6,008 nucleotides of DNA, taken from the IMG/VR virus record IMGVR_UViG_2541047679_000002; one strand, 5' to 3'. The translations under genes were made by a program, and so were the position numbers. Numbering within the stretch: the first letter of the stretch is position 1; every line of letters begins with the position of its first letter. This DNA comes from a virus (Duplodnaviria > Heunggongvirae > Uroviricota > Caudoviricetes). Shown one piece after another: positions 5,789 through 6,008 of the stretch. The notes beneath the pieces are model-generated. The model made no database searches and was not told the DNA's origin. It saw only the letters and a program-made list of their open reading frames with translations.

Positions 5789-6008
5789 TTAGCCGAAATA
5801 TGTCAGCCATGCTAACTGCATTGCTGACATGGGGCTGTTTGCACTGCCTGACCACGCATAATTCTGGCCATTATAATGAAACTCAACAACGTATGAGCCA
5901 TCACCAATATTTCTCACAGGCTTAAATACCGGCTTAGATACAGGTGAAGAAGGCGCGGGCGGTTGCTGTTCTTCTACGCTCTCTTCCTCTTCCTCTTCCT
6001 CTTCCTCT
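5789..6008 (-). CDS. Hypothetical protein, 3'-terminal part only (gene start lies beyond the right window edge); poly-Glu tract, Pro-rich linker, small C-terminal domain
   Basis: Hand translation of the reverse complement from nt 6007 gives 72 sense codons with no stop: EEEEEEEEESVEEQQPPAPSSPVSKPVFKPVRNIGDGSYVVEFHYNGQNYAWSGSANSPMSAMQLAWLTYFG, ending at TAA (complement of 5789-5791). Not in the ORF track because it has no start in the window. Confidence 0.55.
   Translation of the reverse strand, partial: EEEEEEEEESVEEQQPPAPSSPVSKPVFKPVRNIGDGSYVVEFHYNGQNYAWSGSANSPMSAMQLAWLTYFG
5981..6008. repeat. Hexanucleotide tandem repeat (CTCTTC)n, at least 4.7 copies, running off the window edge
   Basis: CTCTTC repeated from 5981 to the end of the window; on the minus strand this reads (GAAGAG)n = Glu-Glu repeats inside the partial CDS. 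Confidence 0.85.

Noticed and set aside
1-6008. CRISPR array, tRNA or rRNA genes, insertion sequence or transposon ends
   Set aside because: No spaced direct repeats, no cloverleaf-like or rRNA-like sequence, and no terminal inverted repeats flanking a transposase-like ORF were seen.

Overview
This window looks like the replication and immunity region of a mobile element in an enterobacterial-type genome (satellite-phage or prophage-like). All calls come from reading the sequence and motif recognition; no database search was run. From 5' to 3': (1) a very large + strand replication protein gene (nt 3-3143) that is open to the window edge, so its N-terminus lies upstream; it has a Toprim-like DxD motif and Walker A/B P-loop motifs. 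(2) Three small, tightly packed, AT-rich ORFs of unknown function (nt 3161-4068), one encoding a single-pass membrane protein; this is the best candidate for an undescribed accessory system. (3) A 380-bp structured non-coding region (4069-4448) with palindromes carrying GATC sites, a promoter-like element, a clean intrinsic terminator and interleaved complementary boxes just upstream of the next gene. (4) A translationally coupled trio, Icd-like protein, a 77-aa unknown protein and a Bro-N antirepressor, which together with the upstream boxes resembles the antisense-RNA-controlled immI module of phage P1 (c4-icd-ant). (5) A convergent partial minus-strand gene at the right edge whose coding sequence contains a (CTCTTC)n hexanucleotide repeat encoding poly-Glu. 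No rRNA, tRNA, CRISPR array or IS element was seen.
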